Source of the DNA: an uncultured Candidatus Poseidoniales archaeon
GTDB lineage: Archaea > Thermoplasmatota > Poseidoniia > Poseidoniales > Thalassarchaeaceae
DNA length: 64,000 bases
Direction: 5' to 3'
NCBI GenBank assembly: GCA_963934165.1
Contig: CAWVXH010000001.1
Span: 22,098-86,097 of the forward strand
The notes under the pieces were generated by a model that ran no database searches, was not told where the DNA came from, and saw nothing but the letters and a program-made list of their open reading frames with translations. The position numbers and the translations under genes were made by a program. Positions 63,812 to 64,000 of the stretch are shown piece after piece. Every line of letters starts with the position of its first letter. Within the stretch, counting starts at the first letter, position 1.

Positions 63812-64000
63812 TCAGTGCCATTTGGGTGACGTAAAATCAGGTTTCGTGCCGCTAAAACTTCGTCAACTCGACGAACATCAGTAGTATGTGGTGCAGTCTT
63901 AACCAAATCTGGATCTTCACCAAGAATTGTTAAAAAATCTGCGGCAAATTTGTCGAGAACTTCTTTTGATTCAGTCTCAGTTGGTTCTATCATCAGACAT
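63808..64000 (-). CDS. gcvPB: Glycine dehydrogenase (decarboxylating) subunit 2, C-terminal end only; the gene continues beyond the right edge
   Basis: '[24 protein letters not shown]...[22 protein letters not shown]' matches the conserved C-terminus of GcvPB (MIEPTE.ESK.ELD.F ... aPh...v.R.DE..AaR). Confidence 0.8.
   Translation of the reverse strand, partial: CLMIEPTETESKEVLDKFAADFLTILGEDPDLVKTAPHTTDVRRVDEVLAARNLILRHPNGTE

Overview
This window reads as a chromosomal segment of an AT-rich archaeon. The archaeal markers are archaeosine synthase ArcS, CDP-archaeol synthase CarS, an AglB/STT3 oligosaccharyltransferase, split GMP synthase subunit B, an S13e-type ribosomal protein S15 and PGF-CTERM sorting signals. 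The many giant secreted adhesin-like proteins and secreted peptidases recall marine planktonic Euryarchaeota (Marine Group II / Poseidoniales-like), but that placement is inference only. Housekeeping genes (rps15, arcS, dnaJ, purD, carS, deoA, glyA, guaAB, purE, gcvPB, tRNA-Met, tRNA-Asn) are interleaved with predicted extracellular or membrane-anchored proteins. Summing their ORF lengths gives about 14,000 aa, roughly two-thirds of the window.

The main observations are:
- A 3,145-aa AglB/STT3 fusion heads a tight same-strand block: AglB, S8 protease, a 1,421-aa beta-helix surface protein, then a wHTH-NB-ARC-TPR STAND NTPase.
- A roughly 2.7-kb GC-rich single-gene segment is bracketed exactly by an intact tRNA-Asn and a degenerate tRNA-Asn copy. 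It encodes a second PGF-CTERM Ca-repeat protein next to an AT-rich counterpart.
- A 908-aa two-anchor ectodomain protein has termini that resemble the eukaryotic CD36/LIMP-2 family.
- A secreted double-HKD phospholipase-D-family protein is translationally coupled to thymidine phosphorylase.
- An M60/enhancin-like lipoprotein is present.
- A pyroglutamyl-peptidase and a Nudix hydrolase are fused in one ORF.

I saw no CRISPR array, integrase, transposase or rRNA. All domain calls come from motifs read by eye, not from database searches.
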